Of a stretch of DNA of 64,000 nucleotides, positions 1-9,358 are shown in pieces. A program made the translations under genes and the position numbers. How positions within the stretch are numbered: the first letter of the stretch is position 1; every line of letters begins with the position of its first letter. The stretch is taken from the IMG/VR virus record IMGVR_UViG_3300044632_001003, positions 1-64,000 of that record, one strand, 5' to 3'. Under the pieces are notes generated by a model, which saw only the letters and a list, made by a program, of their open reading frames with translations, was not told the origin of the DNA and did not search any database.

Positions 1-1
1 C

Positions 2-1876
2 ACGACCTTCCAGAACACGAATGCCAATGAAGTTAATATCGGCAAACTTGTCCCGCAGGTTGCGAAGAAAAACATCAGTCATATGATGCCATTCACAGTC
101 CAAAGAATAGGTACTTCCAGTCTTACGGTCACGCAAGAATGAACCAAACCCAATGCCAGCAGTTCCCATAAAAGGACCATCTTCCCAATTACGCTTGACT
201 TCACGGTGATACTTAATACCACACGCTTCACCATCAGTCAGAATGACACACTGAACTTTCTGAAGTTTGTTTTCCTTCTGAAACTTAGGCAGAATCTGGT
301 GAAGAGAAATAAGTGCCTCATTCAGGGGAGTGCCAGAAAGAGAAAGACCCAGAGGAATAGAATAACGGGTATAGCAGTTACGCCCAAAAGAATAAGCAAG
401 GCGGAAGATGTTCTTCATCTGTTCTTCCAAAGTCTTACCATTCACCTGACTGGTCAGCAGGTTCATCATCGAAAACCATTCACCGACTTGAATCAGACCA
501 TCCTTCTTTTGATAGGCAAGTTCCCGAATGGTTGCCTTACCATTCTCATCATAAGAAACCAAAGGATAGTCAGTCGTGAAGGCATAAACCTCAAACGGAA
601 TCGCAACTTTCTTGCAGAACCAAACAAGGTTGAAGAGTTGCTTGACCGTATCCAACATCACATCACACATCGAACCAGACCAGTCAAGAATGAACACCAG
701 ACCGTGATTCTTGCCGTTGGCAAGAGTAGTGACTTTCTTGAAGAGGTCTTCGTTGTATTTGTAGGTGTGAAGTTTGGAGCAGTCCAAAACACCAGTACGA
801 GCAGTTGTGGCACGGGCATAGGAGTCTGCTGCCTTACGACACTCAAACTCTTTCACCAGATAATTAACTTCCTTCTGAGCAGAACGCTTGAACTCTACAA
901 ACTGCTTATCCACCTCACCAAAGAGATCTTCATACTTATATCCAGTATTTTCCGAATAAGAGTCCCAAGACTCTTTACAATTAGAATGAATATCAGCATT
1001 TGGGACAATCACCCTTTTCAAGTCAAGTTTAGGCAGTTCCAGATAAACATTTTCAGGACCACTATTGTTAACAAGATCTTTCAGTGCTTCCTCCAAAGAA
1101 TCCATTGTCTTCACTTCAGGTTCCTCATTCTTCTCACCACCCCGTTCTTGAGTGGTATCACCCATTTCTGGGGTGGTTTCACTAGAAGCAGAACCTTCAG
1201 AATCATTAGACTCAGGTTGGTCATTCTCACCTTCCTGCTGATCACTAAAGTCGGAGGCAGGTTGATTATCAGCACCACTCTGCTGGGACTCAAGATTATC
1301 CAGAGAAATCTTAGTCTCTTCCTGCTGCTTTTGTTTGCAATACTTATAAAGTTCTTCTGCAGCAATCAGAACATCAGCAAAAGTCTCAGTATCAGCAATC
1401 AAATTAATAATCTCAGTTTCTTCACCACGCTCAATGGGAATATCAATATAGTTTCCGATCTTAAACCACAGGTTTGCACGGTCGGCAAGATTATAAGTTT
1501 CCAGTTTATCATCACCAATCTGGAAGAAATCATCATCGGCAAGTTCCTTGTAACCGTTATAGAAGGTCTTGGTGAGACCAGCATAACGACGCTTCATCAG
1601 TTTCTCAATACGAGCATCCTCTACCACATTCACAAACTGCGGGGGAACTTTTACCTTCTCCAACCAGTCTTCATCAGGAGTATAGAGAGCGTGTCCGACC
1701 TCGTGACCCACCAGAAGGTCATACACAGTGTTGCTTGCCTTCTCCCACATCGGCAGAGTCAGCACACGGGTATGAACGTTAAAGCAAGCGGTCTCCACCT
1801 TCTTGTGCTCAACCACAAGGTCTTCAGTGGCAAGAAGTTTAGCAAGTTGAGACTTGATTTCGTGGCGGACGGTCAT
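2..1876 (-). CDS. CobT-like metallopeptidase-vWA protein (usual partner of a CobS/MoxR AAA+ ATPase); 3' end runs off the window
   Basis: Not in the ORF track; I translated it by hand from the ATG at 1876: MTVRHEIKSQLAKLLATEDLVVEH..., HExxH motif GHEVGHALYT, vWA MIDAS ILDWSGSM, LSGTPLNEA, VILTDGE. No stop before the window edge. Confidence 0.85.
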   Translation of the reverse strand, partial: MTVRHEIKSQLAKLLATEDLVVEHKKVETACFNVHTRVLTLPMWEKASNTVYDLLVGHEVGHALYTPDEDWLEKVKVPPQFVNVVEDARIEKLMKRRYAGLTKTFYNGYKELADDDFFQIGDDKLETYNLADRANLWFKIGNYIDIPIERGEETEIINLIADTETFADVLIAAEELYKYCKQKQQEETKISLDNLESQQSGADNQPASDFSDQQEGENDQPESNDSEGSASSETTPEMGDTTQERGGEKNEEPEVKTMDSLEEALKDLVNNSGPENVYLELPKLDLKRVIVPNADIHSNCKESWDSYSENTGYKYEDLFGEVDKQFVEFKRSAQKEVNYLVKEFECRKAADSYARATTARTGVLDCSKLHTYKYNEDLFKKVTTLANGKNHGLVFILDWSGSMCDVMLDTVKQLFNLVWFCKKVAIPFEVYAFTTDYPLVSYDENGKATIRELAYQKKDGLIQVGEWFSMMNLLTSQVNGKTLEEQMKNIFRLAYSFGRNCYTRYSIPLGLSLSGTPLNEALISLHQILPKFQKENKLQKVQCVILTDGEACGIKYHREVKRNWEDGPFMGTAGIGFGSFLRDRKTGSTYSLDCEWHHMTDVFLRNLRDKFADINFIGIRVLEGR

Positions 1877-1897
1877 AGGTTTGATTCGTATGAAACC

Positions 1898-1955
1898 ATC
1901 ATACAAAAAAAGAGGGTGGTTAGACCCTCTTGTGTGCCAGTTTGGAAAGTGGTTC
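1898..1955 (-). promoter_or_regulatory. Promoter of the cassette class: TATGAT -10 (1903-1898) with palindrome-like site GAACCA-N10-TGGCAC (1955-1934) 30 bp upstream
   Basis: Direct reading; same spacing as the 59-64 kb cassette promoters. Confidence 0.6.
1905..1931 (-). terminator. Rho-independent terminator
   Basis: 8-bp stem AAGAGGGT/ACCCTCTT, 6-nt loop, T-tract on the minus strand, downstream of ORF 1954..2328. Confidence 0.75.
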
Positions 1956-2328
1956 AGACACCTTCAATAATGGACTTCTTCCACTCTTCACTCATATTTG
2001 CCATAATAGCAAGAGCTGCCTTATTGTTATCAGCATAACCTTCGGCAACTAGATGCTCAAGAATGAAGTCGAAGAGGTCGGCACTCTCTTTCATTTCCTT
2101 TTCAGTTTCTTTACCTTCCTTTTCAGTTACCTTTTCACCCTTCTCTTCTTTACCTTTAGGGTGCTTACCTTCTTTATGCTTTCCACCTTCGTCTTTTCCA
2201 GATTCACCTTTTTCAGACTCGCCTTTTTCAGACTCCTTCTTTTCACCAGATTCAATTTCTACTTCTTCTTTCTTTTCGTAGATAGAAGAATATGCCTCTA
2301 AAAGGTCTTTAACTTGCTTTACTTCCAT
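1954..2328 (-). CDS. Hypothetical late protein, E/K/G low-complexity linker; possible internal head protein
   Basis: ORF track; late promoter ATAAATA at 2355-2349; N-terminal LLEAYxxIYE and C-terminal DFILEHLVAEGYA motifs shared with the neighbouring ORF; 14-nt direct repeat at 2207-2235. Confidence 0.75.
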   Translation of the reverse strand: MEVKQVKDLLEAYSSIYEKKEEVEIESGEKKESEKGESEKGESGKDEGGKHKEGKHPKGKEEKGEKVTEKEGKETEKEMKESADLFDFILEHLVAEGYADNNKAALAIMANMSEEWKKSIIEGV

Positions 2329-2348
2329 TTTATGAATAGTTTTTTAGT

Positions 2349-2355
2349 TATTTAT
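2349..2355 (-). promoter_or_regulatory. T4-type late promoter ATAAATA
   Basis: Motif 21 nt upstream of the ATG at 2328. Confidence 0.6.
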
Positions 2356-2357
2356 CA

Positions 2358-3239
2358 TTATGCAACTTTATAAGATTTGTTTCTCCAAGTAAAGGTAGAT
2401 CCCACTCCACTTTTTTCTTTTGCTGTCTTATATGCTTTATCAAAAGATTGAGCCCTAGTTAAACCCTCATCTGGATTTTTTGGTCCTTGTTTTGGTCTAT
2501 AATCTCCTCTTTTAAGAGCGCCAGTTAATGTAGCATCGCCAGTTGGTCTGGGTGCCATTACAGCAGCAGCAACACCAGCAGGAGTTATATTTTTCAACGC
2601 AGCAGCAGCACCAATAGTTTTAGCAGCTGGTTCAGCAACACGTCTTGCTTGACCAGCAAATCTTTGAAGTTCTGGAAACTTATCCATATTTGGTCCAGTT
2701 GCTCTAACTGTAGCACCAGGTCTATATGGATTTGGTTTTGTCGGTGCTGGTGGTTTTGCTGCTGGAGAAGCAACTCTTGTTAGTTTAAGAGTAGGTGGTT
2801 TTGGAGCCTTAACTTGCTGTGGTTTATTGGGATAAAGCATTTTTCTCAATCCCTGAGCAAAAACTTGGGTTGGATTGGGTTTATCAAATCCAAGAATATT
2901 TGCAATTCCTCTACCGATTACTTCTTGTGGATGCATTCCTTGCTCCACAACATAATTCATAATATACTTTGACTCCTCTAAAGTACACCCTTCACTAGTA
3001 AGATAATTTAAAACTCGATCATAAACATCTTCACCAAGATTATCACCTTCTGGTTCATAATGTGCTTTTTGTAGCGTGGACTTGAACGTATGAACTTTTT
3101 CTCCCTTAGGTATCATCTTCTCAAGTTGTTCTTTTGCGGCGCGATCGGTTGGTTCCCTTAAAGGAACTCCAATTTGCTGCTCATAAACTTTTTGATATGC
3201 TTCAACTAAATTTTTATATTCTTCCGATCTCATTTGCAA
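2358..3239 (-). CDS. Hypothetical late protein, Pro/Ala/Lys-rich; possible internal head protein
   Basis: ORF track; TATAAATA upstream; LVEAYQKVYE, HYEPEG and DRVLNYLTSEG motifs. Confidence 0.75.
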   Translation of the reverse strand: MQMRSEEYKNLVEAYQKVYEQQIGVPLREPTDRAAKEQLEKMIPKGEKVHTFKSTLQKAHYEPEGDNLGEDVYDRVLNYLTSEGCTLEESKYIMNYVVEQGMHPQEVIGRGIANILGFDKPNPTQVFAQGLRKMLYPNKPQQVKAPKPPTLKLTRVASPAAKPPAPTKPNPYRPGATVRATGPNMDKFPELQRFAGQARRVAEPAAKTIGAAAALKNITPAGVAAAVMAPRPTGDATLTGALKRGDYRPKQGPKNPDEGLTRAQSFDKAYKTAKEKSGVGSTFTWRNKSYKVA

Positions 3240-3246
3240 AGACTTT

Positions 3247-3390
3247 TTAGATATTTATAAATGAAGAAGCGCCCCCAGAGAGGCGCTTCTTGAGTGCTTG
3301 GCGACGTGCCTTTGCTTGTCGGAGTGCTTGCGGTTTAAGTTTCCGCTTCTGCTCCTTCTTGGAATGGTGATAGCGGTTGGGGACTTGCAT
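3247..3390 (-). CDS. Small basic protein, 47 aa (MQVPNRYHHSKKEQKRKLKPQALRQAKARRQALKKRL...)
   Basis: Hand-translated; the ATG overlaps the gp46 stop (TAATG); below the ORF-track cutoff. Confidence 0.7.
   Translation of the reverse strand: MQVPNRYHHSKKEQKRKLKPQALRQAKARRQALKKRLSGGASSFINI
3252..3259 (-). promoter_or_regulatory. T4-type late promoter TATAAATA
   Basis: Exact T4 late consensus 12 nt upstream of the ATG at 3239. Confidence 0.8.
3264..3291. terminator. Perfect 10-bp hairpin, probable terminator of the 55-47-46 transcript
   Basis: AAGAAGCGCC (3264-3273) / GGCGCTTCTT (3282-3291), 8-nt loop; only a weak U-tract follows. Confidence 0.55.
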
Positions 3391-5117
3391 TAGTCTTGTG
3401 CTGATGTGGACATCATACGAGAAAAACCTTTGACTTTCTCAAACCTTATGACACTTTCAAATTTGTCATGCAGTTCAGACTTATGGGAAATCACAAAGAT
3501 ATTAGCATCCTTAATGACATAACGGATAATCTTAAGAAACTCATCAGTTCCAAATCCATCAAGTGAGGAATCAAATACTTCATCCATAATCAGCAGATTG
3601 GTATTGACGGAATTTTTGACTCGGGCAACTTCTCTCCAGGTGAAGAGTAGGGCAAGGTCGATTCTCATTTTTTCACCCTCACTGAAAGAACTATAAGAAA
3701 AGTCTTCGTGAATGGGTGACTTTACCGTTTCGTTAAACTCTTCATCAAGATGGAAGTTAATATAAAAATCCATCATCTGAAGATAACGATTCACCTGCTG
3801 ATTTATGAACGGAAGATACTTCTTGATTATCTTCGTTTTAACGCCATCGTCCTTGAGTAAGGAATAGGCAAAATCGTAATAAACGATTTCTTCTTTTTTC
3901 TTTGAAAGGTCTTCGAATGTTTTTTGGAGATTGGTTTGAAATTCTTCTAACTTCTCATGCTCAGTATTTCTGTTTGCAAGGTTTTGGGTAATAGTTTGAA
4001 TTTCAGATTCAAGGTCTCGTATTTGTCTCTGGTTGAGGGAAATCCGAGTATTGTTTTGAGAAATCTCATGGTTGAGTTTCGTAATCTCCTTAGATAGAAC
4101 TGTGAATTGACGCTCTCGTTCCTGTTCTAACTTTATAGTCTCCTCAAGTTCCTGAAAACCTTTCTGGAGTTCCTTTGCCTTATTTTGAGCGTCTGCTATT
4201 CTATTTAACCGAAACTCTTCTTCTATAGTTTGAGTACAGGTAGGGCATACCGTATTTTCTGTGAAAAACTTATGTTCTTTCGTAATCACAGATACTTTCT
4301 GAGAAATCTTACCCTTTAGATTGTTAAGCTTTACTAACTTATCATCAGCACCAATGACTTCTTCCTGTTCCTTAGTGTAAGCAAAAATCTGCTCTTCGGT
4401 CTTAGAGTTTTCAGTCATATAAATGCCAACTTCGGCATCTAAATTGGCAATCTTTTCTTTATTGACATTAATATTGGCATTACCACGATTCTCAAGTTCC
4501 TCAATAAACTCCTGCTGCATCTTCATCTTATCCTTAAGAGTTTCTTTCTTAAGTTCAAGAGATTTAATCTGATCCTTTTTCTCACGAATCTTATCCTTAA
4601 TGAGATTATTCATCGCAGAGAAAATACGAATATCCAGAAGGTCCTCAATCACTTCCCGACGATTCGCAGTGGTCAATTGCATAAAGGGTACAAAAGTGCT
4701 AGAACCCAGAATCACAATCTGAGTAAAAGACTTGTAATTAACCTTGAGGATATTTTCTTCTAAAATACGTTGATTTGCTCTATCATCTGCTTCTTTATGC
4801 AGAGAAACGCCATTCACTTCAATGTCAAAAATATTTGGTTTGATGCCACGACGGACAAGATAGTCCCTACTATTCACAGAGAACTCAATCTCGACAAGAC
4901 AATCTTTCTCATTCGTAGTATTAACCAATTGAGGTTTGTTGATCTTACGAAATGGTTTATTAAAAAGTGCAAACGTTAGAGCATCAAGAACTGTCGATTT
5001 ACCAGCACCATTTGTACCAATAATCAAATTAGTATGATTTTTCTGAAAATCAATTTCGCTCCAATGATTTCCAGTGCTTAAAAAGTTTTTCCAACGAATT
5101 TTTTTAAAAGTTATCAT
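3390..5117 (-). CDS. 46: Recombination endonuclease subunit gp46 (Rad50/SbcC-like ATPase)
   Basis: Walker A GTNGAGKST, coiled coil with CPTC zinc hook, signature FSEGEKMRIDLAL, Walker B LIMDEVFDSSLD. Confidence 0.97.
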   Translation of the reverse strand: MITFKKIRWKNFLSTGNHWSEIDFQKNHTNLIIGTNGAGKSTVLDALTFALFNKPFRKINKPQLVNTTNEKDCLVEIEFSVNSRDYLVRRGIKPNIFDIEVNGVSLHKEADDRANQRILEENILKVNYKSFTQIVILGSSTFVPFMQLTTANRREVIEDLLDIRIFSAMNNLIKDKIREKKDQIKSLELKKETLKDKMKMQQEFIEELENRGNANINVNKEKIANLDAEVGIYMTENSKTEEQIFAYTKEQEEVIGADDKLVKLNNLKGKISQKVSVITKEHKFFTENTVCPTCTQTIEEEFRLNRIADAQNKAKELQKGFQELEETIKLEQERERQFTVLSKEITKLNHEISQNNTRISLNQRQIRDLESEIQTITQNLANRNTEHEKLEEFQTNLQKTFEDLSKKKEEIVYYDFAYSLLKDDGVKTKIIKKYLPFINQQVNRYLQMMDFYINFHLDEEFNETVKSPIHEDFSYSSFSEGEKMRIDLALLFTWREVARVKNSVNTNLLIMDEVFDSSLDGFGTDEFLKIIRYVIKDANIFVISHKSELHDKFESVIRFEKVKGFSRMMSTSAQD

Positions 5118-5383
5118 GATTTAGGAATAGGAGGAATAACAATGTCATTAGATGTAATCACAGCATATTTGTAATTATGCATTTTACAAGTCTTTATTGC
5201 AATATCATCATCAACTTCAACGACTTCCATTTCTTTAGAATAATTGGCATCGTCTTCTAACATTAAGGCGTATCTTACTGCATCATCTTCTTCTTCAAAC
5301 ATAAAAAGAACTTTTTCTCCATACTTGTCATGGACTGCATAGGCACCATCATCCTTTCTATCTTTAAGAGTTAGAAGATACAT
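5114..5383 (-). CDS. Conserved hypothetical protein between 47 and 46
   Basis: ORF track 5114..5398; start moved to the ATG at 5383, which overlaps the gp47 stop (TAATG). Confidence 0.75.
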   Translation of the reverse strand: MYLLTLKDRKDDGAYAVHDKYGEKVLFMFEEEDDAVRYALMLEDDANYSKEMEVVEVDDDIAIKTCKMHNYKYAVITSNDIVIPPIPKS

Positions 5384-6420
5384 TACTCGACTTCGCAAGC
5401 TTGCTTATACAAATCTTGAAATATTCCTTTGATAATGTTTTTATCAAAATCAAATTCTGCCTCATCAATATAGCGGTTCAGAATTGAAATGGTACTCTCT
5501 TCTTCATCAATGTCAAACTCTTCATTTTCTTGAATCTCAAAGTTCTCAACAATCTTGAGTTCTTGAATTCCAGCAGTATAGAGTTTATCAATAAACTTTT
5601 CAAAGTCTTTTGGTTTTGTCTTTTTACGAACAATCACCTTGACAATTTTATTCTCATATTCAGAAGCATCGAACAACTGATACGGAGTATCCTCATAATA
5701 AACATTATAAAACAATTTATAAGGATTATTAATTGGAGTGTGAGTGAGGGTTTCCGTATCAAAGATATGAAATCCGCGAGTATCATTCACATCTGTCCAG
5801 TACATTTCATAAGGATTACCGAGATAGAAAATGCGTCCATTATCAGAACGAGTGTGGTAATGCCCAGAAAATACTTTTGTGAAGTTCTTAAAAATATCTG
5901 CTTCCAGTCCATGCTCCTCCATAATCAAATTTCGATTCACACGAAAACCTTGAAGTTCCAAATGACCCATAGCAACTTTTGCTTTGGTCTTCTTGATCTG
6001 AACTAAAGACTCTTCATAATTCTCACTGCAAATCCATGGCAGCATCATGATATCAAGATTTCCAACTTTAGCAGTTTGAGGAGAACTATAAGTACGAATA
6101 TTAGGATAAGTCTGAAGTAGAAGGTTTGGAGAATTTACACTATTGGTATTCTTGTAATAACAATCATGATTACCAATAATCATATGGACTTCATACTTAC
6201 GCATGGGTTCAAATACAACACGCTTTGCCCACTCTAAACTTTGATAATCGATTGACTTACGACTATCAAAAGCATCTCCCATATGGATGACTGCTTCTAC
6301 CCCATGCTCCTCAAGGGCAGGGAAGAAGACATTCTTATAGAAGAGTTCAAAGTGATCATGAAGATACTTAGAACCCTTCCTTGCCCCATAATGCGTATCT
6401 GTAATGATGGCAACCTTCAT
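5383..6420 (-). CDS. 47: Recombination endonuclease subunit gp47 (Mre11/SbcD-like nuclease)
   Basis: Phosphoesterase motifs DTHYG, GDAFD, GNHD, GHLE, SGHYH. Confidence 0.97.
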   Translation of the reverse strand: MKVAIITDTHYGARKGSKYLHDHFELFYKNVFFPALEEHGVEAVIHMGDAFDSRKSIDYQSLEWAKRVVFEPMRKYEVHMIIGNHDCYYKNTNSVNSPNLLLQTYPNIRTYSSPQTAKVGNLDIMMLPWICSENYEESLVQIKKTKAKVAMGHLELQGFRVNRNLIMEEHGLEADIFKNFTKVFSGHYHTRSDNGRIFYLGNPYEMYWTDVNDTRGFHIFDTETLTHTPINNPYKLFYNVYYEDTPYQLFDASEYENKIVKVIVRKKTKPKDFEKFIDKLYTAGIQELKIVENFEIQENEEFDIDEEESTISILNRYIDEAEFDFDKNIIKGIFQDLYKQACEVE

Positions 6421-6890
6421 CGGTTCCTGTATGTAATGTTATCTTTAATGGTATTATAGTCGCTACTGTGCCCAGAAAGCAAGCTATCATCAACCATCAT
6501 AACCTCATCAAACCCTGTTCTCTCAATAATTTTAGATTTGATATCGAGTTGCTTCTTCTCTTTCTGGATCCTACGGAGAAAAGCGTAGTGAATGATTTGA
6601 GTAAAATATGCAAAAGGATTTTGAGATTTCTCTGGATTAAAATTGTGAATATACTGAACACAGTTTTCTATGCCATCAGAAATCATATCATCCCGAAACA
6701 TATAATTCACAAAATTTGGTTTGTATGACAAATGAGTTGCAATCTTTAGAAAGCATTCGCCCAGATAGTTTGTAATGCGAGGTTTGGGTAATCCCTTTTC
6801 CTTGGCATCGGCAACTTTGTTCCTATAGACGATAAGTGCTTCTAATAACTCTTTGTTATTCACATAATGTTCTGATTTCTTCTTTGGCAT
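6417..6890 (-). CDS. 55: Late-transcription sigma factor gp55
   Basis: HYVNNKELL, DMISDGIENC, NPFAYFTQIIHYAFLRRIQKEKKQ. Confidence 0.96.
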   Translation of the reverse strand: MPKKKSEHYVNNKELLEALIVYRNKVADAKEKGLPKPRITNYLGECFLKIATHLSYKPNFVNYMFRDDMISDGIENCVQYIHNFNPEKSQNPFAYFTQIIHYAFLRRIQKEKKQLDIKSKIIERTGFDEVMMVDDSLLSGHSSDYNTIKDNITYRNR

Positions 6891-6925
6891 TGCTTGTCAT
6901 CTTTATCCTAATATTAATTTTCTTA

Positions 6926-6954
6926 ATTATAGCACAAACACAGAGTCTTGACAA
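6926..6954 (-). promoter_or_regulatory. Sigma70-like promoter for gene 55
   Basis: TTGTCA-N17-TATAAT with an extended -10 TG. Confidence 0.7.
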
Positions 6955-7004
6955 ATTAGAAAAATATGACTAGACTACGTTTGTTAAGGTTGAAGATAAT
7001 AATA

Positions 7005-7418
7005 TTAAAGATCTTTAGATTCCTTATTTTGATTAAAGAGTTTTTCAAGTTTCTTACGGGCTTCATCGACAGTAGAGACATATCCCATGTCTGTTGATAC
7101 TCCTACTTGACCAGAAGGTTTATAGACATCAATACTATCATCATCAATATAATCATTATAGATATCTATCATCTTTTTATCTCTTGTTTCAGTCATTGTA
7201 ATGACCTTATCATATTTGATTAGAAATACATCATCATCTGTCAATTCCATCCATGGTTTAACTTTGATAAATGAACCATGGGGACTATGAACGATTTTAA
7301 AACTTAGTGGATTTTGTGCGACTATGATGGGATCTCCATCGTTTTCATCAATGGAAATTAGTGAAAGAATTTCTTCTCCAGAAACTAATTTAATAACACA
7401 ATAAAACTCTTCTCCCAT
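7005..7418 (-). CDS. Conserved hypothetical protein, possible Sm-like fold
   Basis: IKLVSGEEIL...NPL...PWM pattern; start overlaps the uvsW stop. Confidence 0.7.
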   Translation of the reverse strand: MGEEFYCVIKLVSGEEILSLISIDENDGDPIIVAQNPLSFKIVHSPHGSFIKVKPWMELTDDDVFLIKYDKVITMTETRDKKMIDIYNDYIDDDSIDVYKPSGQVGVSTDMGYVSTVDEARKKLEKLFNQNKESKDL

Positions 7419-8881
7419 TAGTTTTTAAGCGGTATGTTTACAATATCATAATTAAAGTTTTCTTCGTTATAAACTTTGATTCTTTCTATTAGATGATTGA
7501 GTGTATAATTTTTTCTTGACTTGTAACTAATATCATCGGCAATGTCATATAGAGTTGCCTTTGTTTTATTGTCACCTTTTCTTAGGACTCTTCCGATTGA
7601 TTGGAGGTTTCTGATTCTTGATTTACTAGGGGAAGCAAAGATGACATTATGTAGATTTCTTATGTTAATACCAGTAGAAAAAGTCCCGTAAGAAGCAACT
7701 ATTATTGCATTGTTTTCTTTTTCAGTAATTTCTCTGACTTTTTCTCGGTCCTCAGTATCTACACCGCCATGAACAAAGAAGACATGACGTTCTTCAACTG
7801 TGCTACTATTTATGAGTTCGTACAAAGGTTGTCCATGACCCTCTACTCTTGAAAATAGAATTAAAGTATTACCTTTAAGATCAATGGCAAGGTTTCTTAT
7901 AAACTTATTGCGCTTTTCATGGTTGATAATATACTGAACTTCTTCTTCAAAGTTTTCAAACTTATTTGGTGGATGTTTCAATAGAAGAATATTAATATCC
8001 AGTTTGGCAACGTGACCCTTCTGCATCAGTTCCTCTGTTCTGATGATTTTGTATGAAGGACCAAATAAACCTTCTAAAACCCACTTATGTGTTTGTGTGC
8101 CGTCTAGGGTTCCTGTAAAACCGTAACGATATTTTGCATCTGAAAGTTTTGTCATTATAGATACTAATGACTTTGATTTAAACTGGTGTGCTTCATCTCC
8201 AACGACCACATTAAATCTTGAGAAATATTGTCGGGGAAGTTTGTAGATGGACTGCCAGGTCGTAATGATTACCTGAGAGTCTGTTTCTCTTTCTTTACCT
8301 GCATAAATCTTGTGGCAATATGAACCCACATCCCACCCATAATCTGCAAAGTCTTTATACATCTGCTCTACAAGGGATGTCGTCGGCACGACTATCAGAG
8401 TATTTTGTCCTTTCTCAACGTAATATCTCACAATCGAATATATCATCAACGACTTTCCAGAGGCAGTTGGAGATATCAACAACTTTCGATTATGTTTTAA
8501 AGCGTCGTATACTCCCTCAACTTGGTATTCGCGGGGAGCATACTTGCAAATAGAAGTCATATAATCCTTGACTCCCTCTTTTGAGATCATATCATTGACT
8601 TCAAAAGGAAGACCATAAAACTTATTGTTTGTAAACTCATAAGTGTATTCATGAGTTTCACAGAAACGGGTAAGTTTATCTAATAGACCGACATAGATTT
8701 CGCCCGTCTGTGTATTGAATAAACGTATCTTTCCGTCCCAGTGTCTATTGCGAAACTGAGGCATGAATTTTGCTCCAGGCACATCAAATGTGAACTGATC
8801 CGCAAGTTCATAATAGACGTGTGGTTCTGCTTTTATCTGAAGATATACCTCATTCTTTTTCGATATAACCAAGTGTGACAT
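7418..8881 (-). CDS. uvsW: SF2 DNA helicase UvsW
   Basis: SPTASGKS, GDEAH, GFTGT, QSIGRVLR. Confidence 0.96.
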   Translation of the reverse strand: MSHLVISKKNEVYLQIKAEPHVYYELADQFTFDVPGAKFMPQFRNRHWDGKIRLFNTQTGEIYVGLLDKLTRFCETHEYTYEFTNNKFYGLPFEVNDMISKEGVKDYMTSICKYAPREYQVEGVYDALKHNRKLLISPTASGKSLMIYSIVRYYVEKGQNTLIVVPTTSLVEQMYKDFADYGWDVGSYCHKIYAGKERETDSQVIITTWQSIYKLPRQYFSRFNVVVGDEAHQFKSKSLVSIMTKLSDAKYRYGFTGTLDGTQTHKWVLEGLFGPSYKIIRTEELMQKGHVAKLDINILLLKHPPNKFENFEEEVQYIINHEKRNKFIRNLAIDLKGNTLILFSRVEGHGQPLYELINSSTVEERHVFFVHGGVDTEDREKVREITEKENNAIIVASYGTFSTGINIRNLHNVIFASPSKSRIRNLQSIGRVLRKGDNKTKATLYDIADDISYKSRKNYTLNHLIERIKVYNEENFNYDIVNIPLKN

Positions 8882-8902
8882 AAGTTCATATCAATACAAA
8901 AA

Positions 8903-8909
8903 TATTTAT
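8903..8909 (-). promoter_or_regulatory. Late promoter ATAAATA upstream of uvsW
   Basis: Motif 21 nt upstream of the ATG. Confidence 0.6.
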
Positions 8910-8915
8910 TGACAT

Positions 8916-8939
8916 AAAAAAGGGGGTCAATTGAACCCC
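8916..8939 (-). terminator. Rho-independent terminator after uvsY
   Basis: GGGGT/ACCCC stem followed by T6 on the minus strand, overlapping the stop codon. Confidence 0.65.
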
Positions 8940-9358
8940 GCTTGGAACCTATGCCATTCAATAGCATTTTTGATTTGATATGTGCGATTAGAAATTGTCT
9001 TGATAACTTCCTCAAGAAACTTCAACATAATGTCATAGTATCTTATCTTGAGTTCTACCTTAGAAAGTTTTTCATCGCCATCCATATGCCTCTGTAATGC
9101 CTCTTTGTCCCTAACTTTATATGGAAAGGGTTCTTCTTCATACACCTCTATAGGTGCCTTTCCTGTGTAGTAATTATGACGTTCTAATTTAACTCTGTTA
9201 TAAGTCTCCCTTGCCCTTTCACGCAATAAAGTAATTGTGTTGTAGATTGTATAATACTTAGCATGAAGTTGCGGTATTTTTAAAGACTCATCATGTAAAT
9301 TGTCAGGGTCGATGACAGAATCTCTCTGCCACATCTCCTGAATTTCATCAAGATTCAT
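8927..9358 (-). CDS. uvsY: Recombination mediator UvsY
   Basis: MNLDEIQEMWQRDSVID, IPQLHAKY, RTYQIKNAIEW; position next to uvsW. Confidence 0.9.
   Translation of the reverse strand: MNLDEIQEMWQRDSVIDPDNLHDESLKIPQLHAKYYTIYNTITLLRERARETYNRVKLERHNYYTGKAPIEVYEEEPFPYKVRDKEALQRHMDGDEKLSKVELKIRYYDIMLKFLEEVIKTISNRTYQIKNAIEWHRFQAGFN

Noticed and set aside
206-2038. 610-aa plus-strand ORF
   Set aside because: It is the antisense shadow of the CobT-like gene, which has clear HExxH and vWA motifs. It has no recognisable motifs and an implausible composition.
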